Both the position numbers and the translations under genes were made by a program. The notes under the pieces are model-generated. The model saw nothing but the letters and a program-made list of their open reading frames with translations, made no database searches and had not been told where the DNA came from. This document shows, in pieces, positions 49,701 to 64,000 of a stretch of 64,000 nucleotides of DNA. Source of the DNA: Antedon mediterranea (lineage: Eukaryota; Animalia; Echinodermata); contig NC_092672.1 of NCBI RefSeq assembly GCF_964355755.1, positions 744,001-808,000 of the forward strand, in the 5' to 3' direction. Positions within the stretch are counted from its first letter, which is position 1; every line of letters starts with the position of its first letter.

Positions 49701-52700
49701 AAAGTATACTTTTAATTTAATTATTTATTGGAAAAAAAATTGAAAGAAATGAAAAAAATAATCAAATTATAATCACAAGTAACATGATATTATTAGATTA
49801 TTAACTTCTGATGATTCAATTTTGAACAGTTACAGATGTTATATAGAAATCCTGAGGCAAAATAGACCACTCACGTGGCAACGTTTCAGGCCTTAACACA
49901 TTTTAAATCTTCCCCTGGTACTCATTTTGCCTACTTTACTTTAACTTCATTGGTATGTTACTTAGTTGACATTTGACCCTGACCCAAATCTAGTCACCTT
50001 TCCCTGGTCTTAAAAATACTGCTCATCTTCTTACTGCAACAATAACACGTAATATACATAAAATTAATTTCTCTAAAATTATTTTGTTACTAAATGTTTA
50101 AGTTTTTCCTGTCATCCTTTGATACTTTTGTTGAGTTGTTAATTTTGCTCATTTTTTGTGGACTGAGCTTAAGCAGACACCTTTATTTGAGGAGACAAAT
50201 CATGACCCAGCAAACCAAATTATATTGCTCTCTAAACATCTTAGTAACAATAGGTGTTTGAACTAATTTTGACCTATTGAGTCTGAGTTGGCAAAATCGT
50301 AAGATCACATATAACTTAACTTAGGAAAAAGCTGAATTAAAAGTCGAATTCTGCATTTTATTGAACATAAATATGTAAGTACTACCATTATGTTTACTGT
50401 GGAAGTTGGAGAAAACTTAATTACATTTATTAAAACCAGGATTATACTTTTAAATTCCAAATATTTATATATTTTTGTTGAACAATTCAATAAAAAAAAA
50501 GGATTAAACTGCATAGTACTAGAATGTATTTATATAGGTGTAGGCCACTGGATGAATGCGTGGAAAGGACAGGCTACCCTACAACATAATGCAGAGGCTT
50601 AGTACAATAAGCTCATTCCACTACGCTCAGAAATGGATATGAGACTTACCAGAATGTATTTCAAAAACATTTGTAAACAACGCTTAAAGAAAATAATATT
50701 TATCATTGTGAAAGTGTGCATACAAGTTTGTTATTTGAAGGGTTTGCTGCAAGACAAATTGCTATGATGAATTATTTATAAATGGTTTTATTCAGTTTTA
50801 ATCTTCATTTAAATAATAATCTTGATTGTTAAATGGATATGTTAATAAAAGTAGATATGTCTTTATTCACATGATAAATTCTTGTCTATACCTTAGCTCT
50901 GTCTGGATGATGTCATACCACTACTATATTTGTGGATATCATTACCATATTTGGGCATATCACTACCATATTTGGGCACATCACACTTTTTTTGTCAAAC
51001 TAATTTGATAGTGTAGAGTTTTATACATAATAATTTATTTCCAGTATTATTATTTAAAATATATTTCATAAACAAACAAAAATAATACAAACAATCTTGC
51101 CTATGAAATTAGCCATTAATAATTTTAAGATGTCTGACATGGCATCCGGTAGCAGACAAAATTAAAAAATGTTAGGCCACCCAAGATTCATGCAAAAACA
51201 CAAGTAAACATCATTGCCGCCGCCGCACGCATCATACAGATGCCATGATAAAAGGCTTGGCTGAATCCTTGTACATTTTTGGCCTATTGGGTCTCCATAT
51301 GTCACTTACAAATTAATATAATTTAAAAGTTTTTTCAACAACTTTCTATTCAGCAACCTGTTGGGAGGCATACCCACTACAGATAATATAATTTTTCATT
51401 CCACGTCTGTGAAATATCCAACAACTTAGTGTACATCCTAAACTTAATCATAAATTCAAAACGATTTCTTCCGCATTATTCTTTACGAATGAACAGTTAT
51501 GCGCTTTTTACGTTTCTATTTTGAAGTAAAATTTTGTATTATTAATCGAGGGATTAGGTTATGTAAATATCTTATTATCTAAAATAAACATTCTGCCTAA
51601 TAGCCTGTAGGCTTAATCAAATTGAGAAAAATATATCTAAATTCAAATGAATGGGATATTAAAGGAACACATCTGAAAATAACTAAATTATCATATTCAA
51701 AACAAACTTACACTAAAGTGTATTATAAATGAAATTAAAAAAGATATGAACTCCTTTTTTAGGTATTATGTTAAAATTATTCTACTGCAGTTACTGCAGT
51801 AACAACATTTTGTTTACTAACCTTTTCACAATTATTTTGTAGCAACCTTAGTACAGTATAATACACACTGTCTTTGCAGTGACTGGCTAGCAAACAAACT
51901 AAATCATACATTACTGCAGTAATCAAATATATTTATTGCAGTTGACTATTAGACGAGAGCTTTCTTCTTCATTTTAAACTGTAAATATGAAATACTGTAG
52001 GAGATCGAACCAAGAATTTCAAAACCACTACAGTACATTGGAAAATAATTTCCTCACTTTCTGGACACAAAATTCAAACTAATAATCAATCAATAAATTT
52101 ATTCCATATAACTAAATATTTTATCAAAAAGTTATGGAAAAGGAAACTAAAAAGTTAAGTAATATTGCCCAGAATAAAATACAGTACATTAGTTGTCCAA
52201 AACAAAACACAGTAGGCCTATTTTGACTTAATATTATAATATCACTAGGTGAGGTCAGACATTGTATTTAACATTTTCACTTGTTTTCATAATTTCCCAG
52301 AGGTTGTTACATTTATAAGAGCTTAATTTTTCCAAAATTATTTAATAATTTCCACATTGCGAAACATGGATGAAATTACATTACCATGGTTTTAATATTA
52401 TCATGTTCTATTTCTGTTTTAAGTCCCAATGCTGATACTTAGTCATCTCTCTCAACCTATGTTTGGTCTTTGTTGTAAAAACAACAACAAAGTGAAAAAT
52501 CTCACAATTTACATGTGAATTGTTAAAAACTTGTCAATATAAAAACTATAAAACACAGGAAAGCGTCAACAACAACAGTGAATGAAGATAGACCTTTTTG
52601 TTGATCCAATAGATCGAAAGTACTGAAATGGTATTTAGAGTAATGTTTCGGAGTCTATCTATCTTCCATAATAATTAGGATCCAAATGAAATTATTTCAA

Positions 52701-55700
52701 GAAAAACAGTGATAACGGCTGTAATTATTGTACTACCAAATTTGTATTTAGTGTTCTTTAAACTTAGGGGCTCATTCATTCAAAAATCATATAGTAAAGT
52801 TTTACTTAAAATATTAACTACTAAGTACAGTAGTTACAATTATTAATTGGCAATTCAGAAAACGTGTCTACTGCCCTCAGTAAATAAAAAGAAACAAGCC
52901 ACAAACTATGCTGTAGAACTTGCACCAATTGGAAAAAAAATTGAATAGAAAAAAAATATGATAGTAAATATTCAAGTTAAACTGCACTATTCTCAGTACA
53001 CCTTTTTTCCTAATGTACATCGCATTTTTAGTTCGCAAAAACAAGAAAACTTTTGTTTCTTATTTTTATCATGTATTAATTGTAAACATTCTTGTTTTTT
53101 TTTTTTTGCTAAATGTCTAGTATTAAAGATTTTGAAAAAAAAAGTCTTTTTCAGATCAATATATTTTGTCAAAGTTTCCAGTTTTGGCATGTAAACTGTG
53201 GATTTACAAGAACGTAATGGTAATGTTATTACATATTGAGCAGCCTATTACCAACATGAGTAACGTACTAATATCAGTTCTAATTGCCTCACTGTCCTAG
53301 ATTTAAATAAACTCTCAAACAACCAACGAAAAAGAAACATTTCATCTGCAAATAGCTGTCTCTTGTACAAACTCATCTGAAAAAATAAATGATTTTATTA
53401 TGCTAGAAATCCTGTCCTATAAAAAGCAGAAAATGAACCCTAGTGACCAACAGGGAATTTGAAAATCTGTTTAGCCGATTTAAATTTCTCTGTGTTATAC
53501 AGTAATTGATTTTAAGTTGGAAATAAATGACACTGATACTCTGTAAAGGTGACGGTATATGTAGGCCATAGCGGTTGTTGCTTGGGGAAATTGTTGATTT
53601 TGAAAAAGGAAGTAGTCTGTGACCATAAACTGACCCATTCTGCAGCTAAATGATTTAATTTACAACCTTTTTCCTGACCCACCATAGTGATCATCTTTAA
53701 AGGTCAATGACACAATCTTATTTTACTTTTAAGAGTCGCTGTCTTGCATTTCAAAGGTTTAGTTTACCTGAGAATTGGACATTTTAAAAATTATATTTCT
53801 AAATTTATCAATTACACTAGGATCAAAGTAGAACTTAAAGCTATTGTAGGTACAGTACACTATAAAATGATAGTCATAAGTTTCCTAACGTAACAAATGC
53901 ACTGTATTATCACATTAAATAAGCCGAACAGGAATAAATTAAAAAAAGTGTGATATGCCCAAATATGGCAGTTATATGACATCATCATGTCCATATATAT
54001 GCATCTTTGTGTCACATAAAGTTTGATAGTGTAGACAAGGCTTAAGCCTTTCATAGTCAGTGCAAGTGCAATATTATATATATTCATTGATTAATCAAAC
54101 TTGTTAATTCAAATGACCCATGGTGGATAATCAGCATGACAGGTGGCCTGGCATCTAACTATCTAATTATTCAACAAATTAAAAACCATTAAACACATTC
54201 AAGAAATCTTTAGCTTCAAGAAATTAATGGAATCTAACAAACAAACAGATCCTCCGGTAATATAATTATACGATTTAGAAAAAGATGATTTCTGGGTTCG
54301 CTAGGAAATTAAAAATTTGAAAAGAACCTAAGGCATGCTGTATCGAAGGAAAGTAGTTGAGGAAAGCCTGCTGTAACCTGCTTTAGACTGCCAAGAACTC
54401 AGTGCTGAAATGCATACAAGCTACACAACACGGCCTACGGCATTTATGAATAACACTGTTTTCAACTTGCTAATAATGATATAAAAAGTGATCACTTTTT
54501 TTTGTTTGCATAAAAGACACTTTTTATTCTGACATTCAATATTAGAATGGGATTTAAAAAAAAGATTATTAGCATAAAGACAATTTTAATCTCAATTAAT
54601 GGATTACAGTCACATGTTACTGTACATTAGCGTAATCTAAATTAAAACAAATTAAAAACGTTTTTGTATTTATATTACAAATTATTTATTATTAAAAATA
54701 AAACCAAATGTAATTTAAATAATTTGTAGGCCTACGCTGCCGAAATTAATTTGGGAAAAACATGACATATTCAACATTAGAATTTATCCACAGTTTTCCC
54801 AAATAATAAGTGTTTTTACATTGGACAACCCATTATTTCGATTCAAAGTTAACACCTTGTAATACTGGACAAAGTAGTATTAGTACCTAGACAAATATAA
54901 CCTATTTATTAATGTTACTAATAATACCCCAAGACCTTTATTCATGTAAATGAAAAGGAAAAGTGAAAATATGTAATAGAAATAAGATAAACTCTTTCCA
55001 AATGTAGTATTTGAAATGACTTTTTGAAGATAATTTAATTTTCGTATGTTTTGTTTTTCTAACGTCATTCAAATGATGTTGAAAGATGGCTGAACATTGC
55101 CTTTCATCAGAGCACCTGACTAAGGTGTGAATTAGTCAATTAGGTCACAGAAAGTGAAATCATCCCCAAAACCCTATCGATCCTAATAGATTTATAGACG
55201 TTATGTCCCTTACCGGTCCCGAAGGACGCTAGTTTATGGCAAGGGGTGACACATGGCCCAAAACTACCCCTTATTCATTATTAATCCCTTTCAGTAAGAT
55301 GTCTTGAGAAACAGGTGAATACGAGGGGTAATGCCCTACCGATTCTGACCTCTTTACTGGGGTTGTTAAATCAATGAGTGCTCTAATTAATGGCGCATAA
55401 TGACGCTCGATTTATGAAATTTATTTATAATTCACATTTGGAATGTGTTAAAAATTAGGTTGTTAATGATCAAAACATCACACATACACTTCCGCATGCA
55501 AGGAAATGCAAGCAGTGCTTGCAATGAGAACGCTATCGTACTAAGTCGTACGTGGAGAGACCTACATAGATCTGTCAGTACCCAGCACCTGGCATGCAGC
55601 AGGCTAAGGATGACAACGACGTCCCCCTTTCCCAAACTAATCCCAGGAGAAGGAGCCAAATCAGGGACACTGTTCCATTATTTGCAGCTAATTTTGCGGA

Positions 55701-56454
55701 TTAGTGTCTATCACTATGGCAACAACTGTAATTTAAGAAACTTGTGCCAGAAACCCATTTTTGAATGAGTGTCATTCTGCTCTACGTAAATATCCTTCAA
55801 AATGATGAGTTGACATAACACTACATTCATGTAGCAAAATAGCAAGTAAAATGAGGATACTGTTTTACTATGTAATATTAAACGTTTATTTATAAAATTA
55901 TATAAGATATTATAAAAAGATAAAATACGTCCTGGTTAATAGATAAATATCATTATATAATCATAACAACCTTGTTTCAATGTAAAAACAATTAACAATA
56001 CAATTTGATGAGAAAATTAAATTTGCTTTCCAGCTATCTTTACAGTATAATGTTAACTACAATATCACAGTGGCATATTTTGTCCCTTTTTAGGAAAATT
56101 CTCACTCTATAAATGTACTTGCGGTTCTTGGTGCTGTAGTGACATTGTAGCTATGGTGTCAGTACAAGACAGTACAAGAACTTTCTTGGCCAAAAAAACT
56201 TAATACTTTAGGATTTATTTGTCAATTGCAACAGACACTCTAAAGTTTAAAAAATATACAAAATAGACACAACCTGGTGTGGTACTGTCCTTGTAAAAAT
56301 GTGGCTGACTCACTGATGATATGATAGATAAAACATCATATTGAACATGCTGATGTTGAAGGTTATGTCATATCATAGTCACCTCCTTCCCAATTTAAAT
56401 ATCATAACTTCAGTTATTAACACGTAATAACAAATATATAAAAACCCCAAAAAA

Positions 56455-57345
56455 GTAAACAGTGAATAGTAACCATTTGCATGTAGTTACTACTAACAGT
56501 GAAATAGTAACAGTGCGCATGTAGCAACAGTGAAATAGTAACAGTGCGCATGTAGTAACAGTGAAATAGTAACAGTGCGCATGTAGCAACAGTGAAATAG
56601 TAACAGTGCGCATGTAGTAACAGTGAAATAGTAACAGTGCGCATGTAGTAACAGTGAAATAGTAACAGTGCGCATGTAGTAACAGTGAAATAGTAACAGT
56701 GCGCATGTAGTAACAGTGAAATAGTAACAGTGCGCATGTAGCAACAGTGAAATAGTAACAGTGCGCATGTAGTAACAGTGAAATAGTAACAGTGCGCATG
56801 TAGCAACAGTGAAATAGTAACAGTGCGCATGTAGTAACAGTGAAATAGTAACAGTGCGCATGTAGTAACAGTGAAATAGTAACAGTGCGCATGTAGCAAC
56901 AGTGAAATAGTAACAGTGCGCATGTAGTAACAGTGAAATAGTAACAGTGCGCATGTAGTAACAGTGAAATAGTAACAGTGCGCATGTAGTAACAGTGAAA
57001 TAGTAACAGTGCGCATGTAGTAACAGTGAAATAGTAACAGTGCGCATGTAGTAACAGTGAAATAGTAACAGTGCGCATGTAGTAACAGTGAAATAGTATT
57101 GTGCGCATGTAGTAACAGTGAAATAGTAACAGTGCGCATGTAGTAACAGTGAAATAGTAACAGTGCACATGTAGTAACAGTAAAATAGTAACAGTGCGCA
57201 TGTAGTAACAATGAAATAGTAACAGTGCGCATGTAGTAACAGTGAAATAGTAACAGTGCGCATGTAGTAACAGTGAAATAGTAACAGTGCGCATGTAGTA
57301 ACAATGAAATAGTAACAGTGCGCATGTAGTAACAGTGAAATAGTA
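56455..57345. repeat. Minisatellite, 31 bp x ~27
   Basis: AACAGTGAAATAGTAACAGTGCGCATGTAGT units, highly homogeneous. Confidence 0.95.
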
Positions 57346-60329
57346 AAAGTGACAGGGCAATAGTAGGCTACAACAAACAGTGCAATAATTTAAAAAATTT
57401 AAGTTTATAGGGGAAATTGAAATAGTATCTTTATACACTTTTTTTTTATTTTACCATCATAATTTGGGTTAAGAAATCTACAAGATTTGAAAAATTGAAG
57501 TTATCAATCTTAAACCAGAATCTTTTTTGAAGAAAAATAGAAGTAGGAATACTCAAACCTCCTTTTTGTCCTGTAACTAAAATAAAGAGTTAAAATATTT
57601 TGTTTGCATTGTATCCTGAGGATCAAGAGAAAGCCTGTAACTAAAATAAAGAGGTAGAAAACTTTTTTTTGCAGCTTAGTAGGGAGACAGAAAGTCTTGT
57701 ACTTGCGGCAGCTAAGCCACCCCCTTCTTTACTCAATTTAGAAGGAAGGGAGAAGGGTATAACATTATTAATCTGGCAATTTTAAGTCCTTTCTACTGAT
57801 GAAACAGGTGTTAAGTACGACTCTTGACATCTAAGTCGCTAGTTTGACTCTCAAATGAGTAATACAATGACTGAACCATATCTCCCCTTTCTTGATCAAG
57901 TCGCCAACAATGTTGAGCCTCAGTGTTGAACGGTCAAGTATATAAACAACACACAAACCTATTGCATGATACAGTATTTCATTTCAGAATGAAAGCTAAA
58001 GCTCTGTCTACACTATCAAACTTCATGTGAGACAAAAAATGTCATGTGACCATATATGAACATGATGTCACATCACTACCATATTTTGGGTATCACTACC
58101 ACATTTGGGAAAATCACACTTTTTTGTTTGATAGTGTATACAGAGCTCATGAAGATTGATAATGATGTATTGACATTTAATCTTTAATTGATAATGCAAG
58201 TGTAAATGTACAACATACCTTAAGATTTCATATTCCTGTTGGATTCTTGTGATGTTTTGTTCTAATTGTCTGTTCTTTGATTTCAGACACTCAAAGTTGT
58301 CAGCTTTCTGAAAATAAATGAATTAGGCCTATAAAAAATATTAATAGCCATTCAGCAAATAATTGTAAGATTTAATTAGATAAAACAGATATTTTGACTT
58401 GACTTCTTCTTTATTGTATCAAACAATCAATACAAAAGGTAGCCAAGATATAGCTGGAGCTAATCAAGCTTGGTACCTTTTAAAAACATCTTAATAACCT
58501 TTTAAAATATCTTAATAAATGCAGTAAGTAAATTCTAAAAAATATTTATTATATATACTGATATGATACATAAAAATAAAATTGTCCAATATCTTATACT
58601 ATAAATAAATCAATAAAAGGAATGAATGTGTGATGTTCCGATTCAAATATACAATATCATACCAATCTATCTAATTTGTATTTTTGTATTTTTTTTTACA
58701 TCAGGATGAAACTATAGATATAAATATAAAACACGCATATAAAAATAACAAAACGAAAAGCCTAAAAGTTAATGTAATCTAAAGACTGTACTATTCCATA
58801 ATAATTTCTTCTTTCTTCAATAACTTCTTTGTTTTGCAATGTTTTTTTGGTCCAATTGTTGCCTAAATCCATTTTACACAATTTTTTTCCAATATTTTAA
58901 ATTGAAATGATGTAAATTGAATTAATTGAATTGTATGTACTCTATGACACATGATGAAAACCATATCAATATATTTATGTTGTGTTATTTTAATTATTGT
59001 TTAAACTTCTGCAAATGGTTAATGTAAGTTTGTCATGACAAGTCAATTAATCGGCAATGCTAACCTTCTTAAAAATAACTCAATTATTAGCCTCCTCTAC
59101 AATCAACACCCCGCAATACCTTACATCATGTTGTTACACGCCGCTACGGCACGTGCATCCTCTACAACATATGGAACTTGGATTCTGCGTAATATAGATA
59201 ATAATATTACCGAAAGCCTAAATTGGTCCCAACAGGTACAATGCAACCCACACACACGTATCTTCGGAACGTGTGTCCTGTTTCTGATGACGAAGGCTTT
59301 ATATAATTCTCTCTTCTTTACTTTGGCTTTACACTAAAGTTTACTAATAATATTAACTATTAACCAATTTCCTATTTCTCCCTGTGACTGTTTCGCATTT
59401 TATTCAGTATACAAATAAATTAAAAACATAATCAAATAGACCTGCACTCAAGAATATACTTATTTTAAGAATATACTTTAAATTTTAACTTTCGCTAACG
59501 AAAAACCAGATGGGAACAATTTGTTAATTTTTGCACAATAAATTAATTTAAAGCCTTCTAATTAGCCTTCTAATTTACTAAAAGTGAAGGCGCCTACAAT
59601 GCATGTCAACGAATAGTCTATTGTCTTGTTAGGGAACTTTCAGTATTTTTTGACCTACTTTTATACATATAAATATATACCGATAATTTCAAGAAAAAAA
59701 AAAGATTTTTCAGGAATAAACAAGCAAATTTTATCACATTCTTTGTTAATAACAGCAAAAAATGTAAAAATGTCTGTCTATCTGCCTGTACATATTACAG
59801 CAAGGATATAATAATAGCACAATACTAACCAAAATTACTGTACCAAATGTAAAAAATATTACCATTACAGAATATTACCAAACCACATGCTATTTGACAA
59901 ATCTAAAGTATTAATTGTTGAACAAGTTTGCTACACAGACGTACTTTTAATAGTCTATAAAATGTTGAAAGAAAGTTAAGTATTCTCGATAAGGACACCC
60001 TAAAAACATCAAATAAACTTGGAAAATAAGAATTTTTACAGCAATCTTATTAGTAGTATTGGCATCTTTTTTATGAGCTTTAGAGATTTTGTTTGGTTTC
60101 AATGTTTCAGAGTTTATGACATTGTTAGTACCAGGACATGTTGTAATCTATTTTTACTAGGTGGTCGGAAACGTTCATATCAAATTCAAATTGATGAAGT
60201 ATTTTTCAATTGCTTCTTGCAATTGGTCGTTTATATCATTTGTACTACCAATAACACAGTAATTCTCTAACAATTATTTCTTCTGAATAATTTTTGAAAA
60301 CTTGATCCAGATTGTTACAAACCAATCTA

Positions 60330-60570
60330 ATTACTAATTTGAATACTAATTTAAATAATTTTAATTTGAATATTAGGCTAATTTGAATAGTAGTTTGAAT
60401 ATTAATTTAGATAATTTTAATTTTAATAGTAGCCCTAATTTAATAGTAATTTAATATTAATTTTAGTAATTTTAATAGTAGCCCTAATTTGAATAGTAAT
60501 TTGAATATTATTTTTAATAATTTTAATTTGAATAGTAGGCCTAATTTGAATAGTAGTAATTTGAATATTA
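60330..60570. repeat. AT-rich degenerate short-period repeat
   Basis: Recurrent TAATTTGAATAGTA / TAATTTTAAT motifs. Confidence 0.75.
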
Positions 60571-63500
60571 CCTTGAAGCATGAAAAAAGATTTTTTAATC
60601 TTCACAGCTGACTGAGGCACAGATTGAAATTTGAAACTGTTAGAAAATAACTTCTTTATTGCAACAAACTTAAGTAAGTTTACTTCAGGGACTGTAAATG
60701 ACACAAAAAGTCATGTACTAGAAGTACTAGTGTTTATGGATATATATTTGGCTGTTGACAGGACCTAGGCCCTTAGAGAGTGGTCAGAGAAAATGCTGTT
60801 AGCAAACAAATTGGTGATAATCAGTGACTGCTAGGTCACACATGAGCCATCTGGTTGGTTAAGTCCAGTGGGGGTTAGTTAGACTGAATATAGCAAGCAG
60901 TTTGCCATCTGCGCTACCATGTCCAGTGGGGGTAAACTGGCTAATACATGATTTGTGCAAAGATATTTGGCAGGCAGTGTGCCATCTGGTGTGGTACAGG
61001 TCCAGTGGGGTTTAGGCAGGATAATAGATGAATTTAGGAATATATAACAAAGGTAATTTACCATCTGCTTATTCCAAATGGGGTTAGCAATTACATGAGG
61101 GAAGACTTCATATAATAAAATCAACTGTTGGCAACAAGATAGTGGGAGGGGATGTCCACAAGGGGACGGACCTTTCCGTTCATGTGCGTGTCTCCTTATC
61201 TGTTTGTCTCCAATCGTTAGGTACTATCTAAGCATGGAACTCAAAGAGTGGTACTGATAGTAGTCTATATAAATTGAAGGAAACAGTTATCAATCAAAAA
61301 AGACTAGATTTAGTAACTTAGAAAGTATATTGGATTATTGTAATTTTTAAAAATGTTGATGATCTACAGCTTATTATGCAAAAAGCACATGGTGAGTAAA
61401 TACTGTACACCATAAACAAATATTTTAAGTTGAGAATGTCTTGATATTTCTAAGTTATATTTAATATTTTTAAGTTACTGTATACTATCTTCTTTACATA
61501 ACCAAAAAATTAATTCATTGTTAACTACCGGTATTACTTTTTGGAATAACATTGGTAAACCATGACACCTTTAAGTACTATTATGCATCACTATAACTAT
61601 GACCAATAAATACTTAAGTGTAAAGTAAAGTTGAGAATGTCCCAAAGTATTCTGAAGTTATATAGTTTTCTTTACACAAAAACATGTACTGTAAACCTGA
61701 CCTTCATAATAGGCCTACTATTATGTATCACTATCACATCAATTTGATTAAATTACTGTTAATAAGAAAATATAAAGACAATATCACTTACCAATTTCTG
61801 TCGATGTTGTTTATCAATCATATCAACGATAAAAGTTTGCGCTATATATAAGAAAAGAAGAAAAAAAAATCAAGTTGGAGAAAACTTTATTTACATTCAA
61901 TAAAAGCTGAAATTAGATTTAATTTTCTACATAATTGTGCTACTAATCATTAATATTTTAATAAATTCATGAAATTTTTTTTTCTAATAATATTATATAA
62001 AAATATTCAATATATAAATAGAATTTATATAAAAGCAAAACTGAAAGTAGGCTGTAGCTTTCATTTGGGAAATTGTAAGTAATTTGATATTGACATAATT
62101 GAACACGTCATTTTAATTGATTTTATGTCTTAATTTGTAACCAGCTAGATTAAAAAAAACACAAGCCAAGGTTAAAGAAAGTATTGAGCATCCCTATAAA
62201 TGAATGGTATAGTCCTATGAACCCCAGTGAGGTATTCACTCTCTCCCTGACATTTCTGTTTGGTTCACATGCCAATATGCATCGCCAGGAAAAACATTAT
62301 AAATCTAACCGTCTACTCTAGTCTACATTATCAAACTTTAAGGGACGAAAAAAATGTGATGTGCTCAAATATGGAGATGATGATGTCATAACTACCATAT
62401 TTGAGTATATCACTACCATATAAATATAAATCTATCTTCGGAATAGAAACATTTGAATTTATAATTTCAATGTTTCAGAATTTAAATGTTGATGTTGTAT
62501 TAGGCAATTAATGTTGACATTGCGGACATTGGTTTCAAAATGATAAATAACAAATGGAGAATTCCTTGAACTAAGTTTCAATTTCTTTAATTCTTCATCA
62601 TACACTTTTAATGCATCCAATTTTAAAGCGAAACAAACAACAATAATGATAACAAATGATAAAATTGCATTACTATAATAGTTACTAACAAGAAAATAAG
62701 TAATTCTTTTCAAAGCTTTCACAAACTAAAGCCAGGAATTTAGTCTAGAAATCACATTTCTAAACGACAAATATAAATAAAAATTGTCCAAACGTTATCA
62801 ATACATTGTCGAATATTTCCTGATTTTCCAATAATCAACGGAAAAAGCGTGTTTTATTTTGCCGATTAAGCTAAAAATTTTGTCAAATTTTTTGTTCATC
62901 AGTCTTAATAAGCAAAGAATGGAGACTTATTTGTCTACGAGTCATAATAATTATCACATTGATGGCGTCGATGCAGTATATGTAAAATCTACAAATTCTC
63001 TATTCATTCTCCATCATTACGCTATTTAGCCAAATTAAGGACTTTCCAGCGAGTGTTCCACAATTTGTGTCTAAATGTTAAATATCTTTATCTTGCATAA
63101 CTGCATTTGGAAAGTAGACGCTGATATTTGTAAAAGTGAAATAAGTTTTTATTTAGAAAAAAAAAATATAGGAAGCTATATTAATGCTTAAGTATTAATC
63201 TTAAAACACCCAAAATAATAAAAAAATATATGAAGTTGCCCAAAATGGACAAAGATTGACACTAAATAAATACCTCCTGTACTAGGAACAAGGCCTATAG
63301 ACATGACAGAAAAAGTATATTATTTATGCATATTTTTGAAGGAAAACATATTTCAGATTTTTCTTTTGAGTCATATTTTGTAGTATACGAATTTGAAGAT
63401 GGCTTAATGTTCACTTAAGTTTCTTTATCCGAGACTTAGTTTAGCTTAATTCATCAGGTAATTGAGAATTAAGAATTAGTGCTTTTTGAAAGGCACGAGA

Positions 63501-64000
63501 TGAATAGCAGCATTTCACTATTACTGAAGAAAGGTCATTAAACTTCTAGGTTTACAAACGAAATTGATGTCAAACTTTAGATTCAGTATTGGTTATTAGT
63601 TTGCAGGTTTATGAGTGATACATAATGATTAAGGATAAAAAGCATGGGATGGAGAAAAGGTCACAGGATGAAAAAAAAATGAGGTAGTCCTTGGGAAGGA
63701 AGGAAAAGAGAGTAGATTTTGGGAAAGAGAATAGAAGGCATATGTTAGAAAAGAAAGGAGGGCAAATACTTTGTTGTGAGGTAAAATATTATAAATTAGG
63801 TTAAGAAAAAGTGACTAATGAACATTACGTTTACTAACGACTACTCTGCAAAATACTACAGTATTTATTTGAGCAACTTGAGAAAGACTGTCGAATAAAT
63901 GTAAAATTATTTTCTAGTTTTCCTACACAAATTAAAACAGAAATGTTTCTATTTAACAGAAAATGAAAAGTTGTAGTTTAAATCTAGGTATCGATATAAA

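Larger units (their letters stand above)
45246..61841 (-). other. Candidate small exons of a long minus-strand gene entering from beyond the right edge
   Basis: AG/GT-bounded segments with pyrimidine tracts: 61841-61792 (QTFIVDMIDKQHRQKL), 58307-58219 (KADNFECLKSKNRQLEQNITRIQQEYEIL, phase-compatible with the former), 60636-60572, 50682-50650, 46358-46353 and 45297-45246. A complete chain could not be assembled. Confidence 0.4.

Noticed and set aside
56410-57438. Three long overlapping Cys/His/Tyr-rich ORFs
   Set aside because: Artefact of a 31-bp minisatellite with no stop codons on the minus strand.

Overview
AT-rich eukaryotic (animal) genomic DNA with spliceosomal GT-AG introns. The gene and repeat content resembles an invertebrate deuterostome such as an echinoderm; this is inference, not shown by the sequence. 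Left to right: (1) the 3' part of a TRIM-NHL-type gene (filamin + NHL repeats); (2) a minus-strand DED-DED...LRR NLR-like gene that lacks the NACHT domain and carries a frameshift and an insertion; its intron holds a 3.7-kb near-palindromic AcademX-like DNA transposon whose two arms both carry the 3' end of the transposase gene; (3) a 16-exon minus-strand gene (~1060 aa, C-terminal EF-hand) with microexons, a solo LTR, and its own stop-codon region amplified as a 69-bp tandem array; (4) head-to-head with it across an RFX-like promoter, a gene with an intronless EF-hand/ubiquitin-like CDS; (5) a Harbinger element with a Myb/SANT remnant and an unassigned coding exon; (6) about 25 kb of mostly non-coding DNA with MITEs, minisatellites and scattered small minus-strand candidate exons, one ending in KDEL-stop. 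All exon structures were read by eye from splice motifs and reading phase; no database searches were run.
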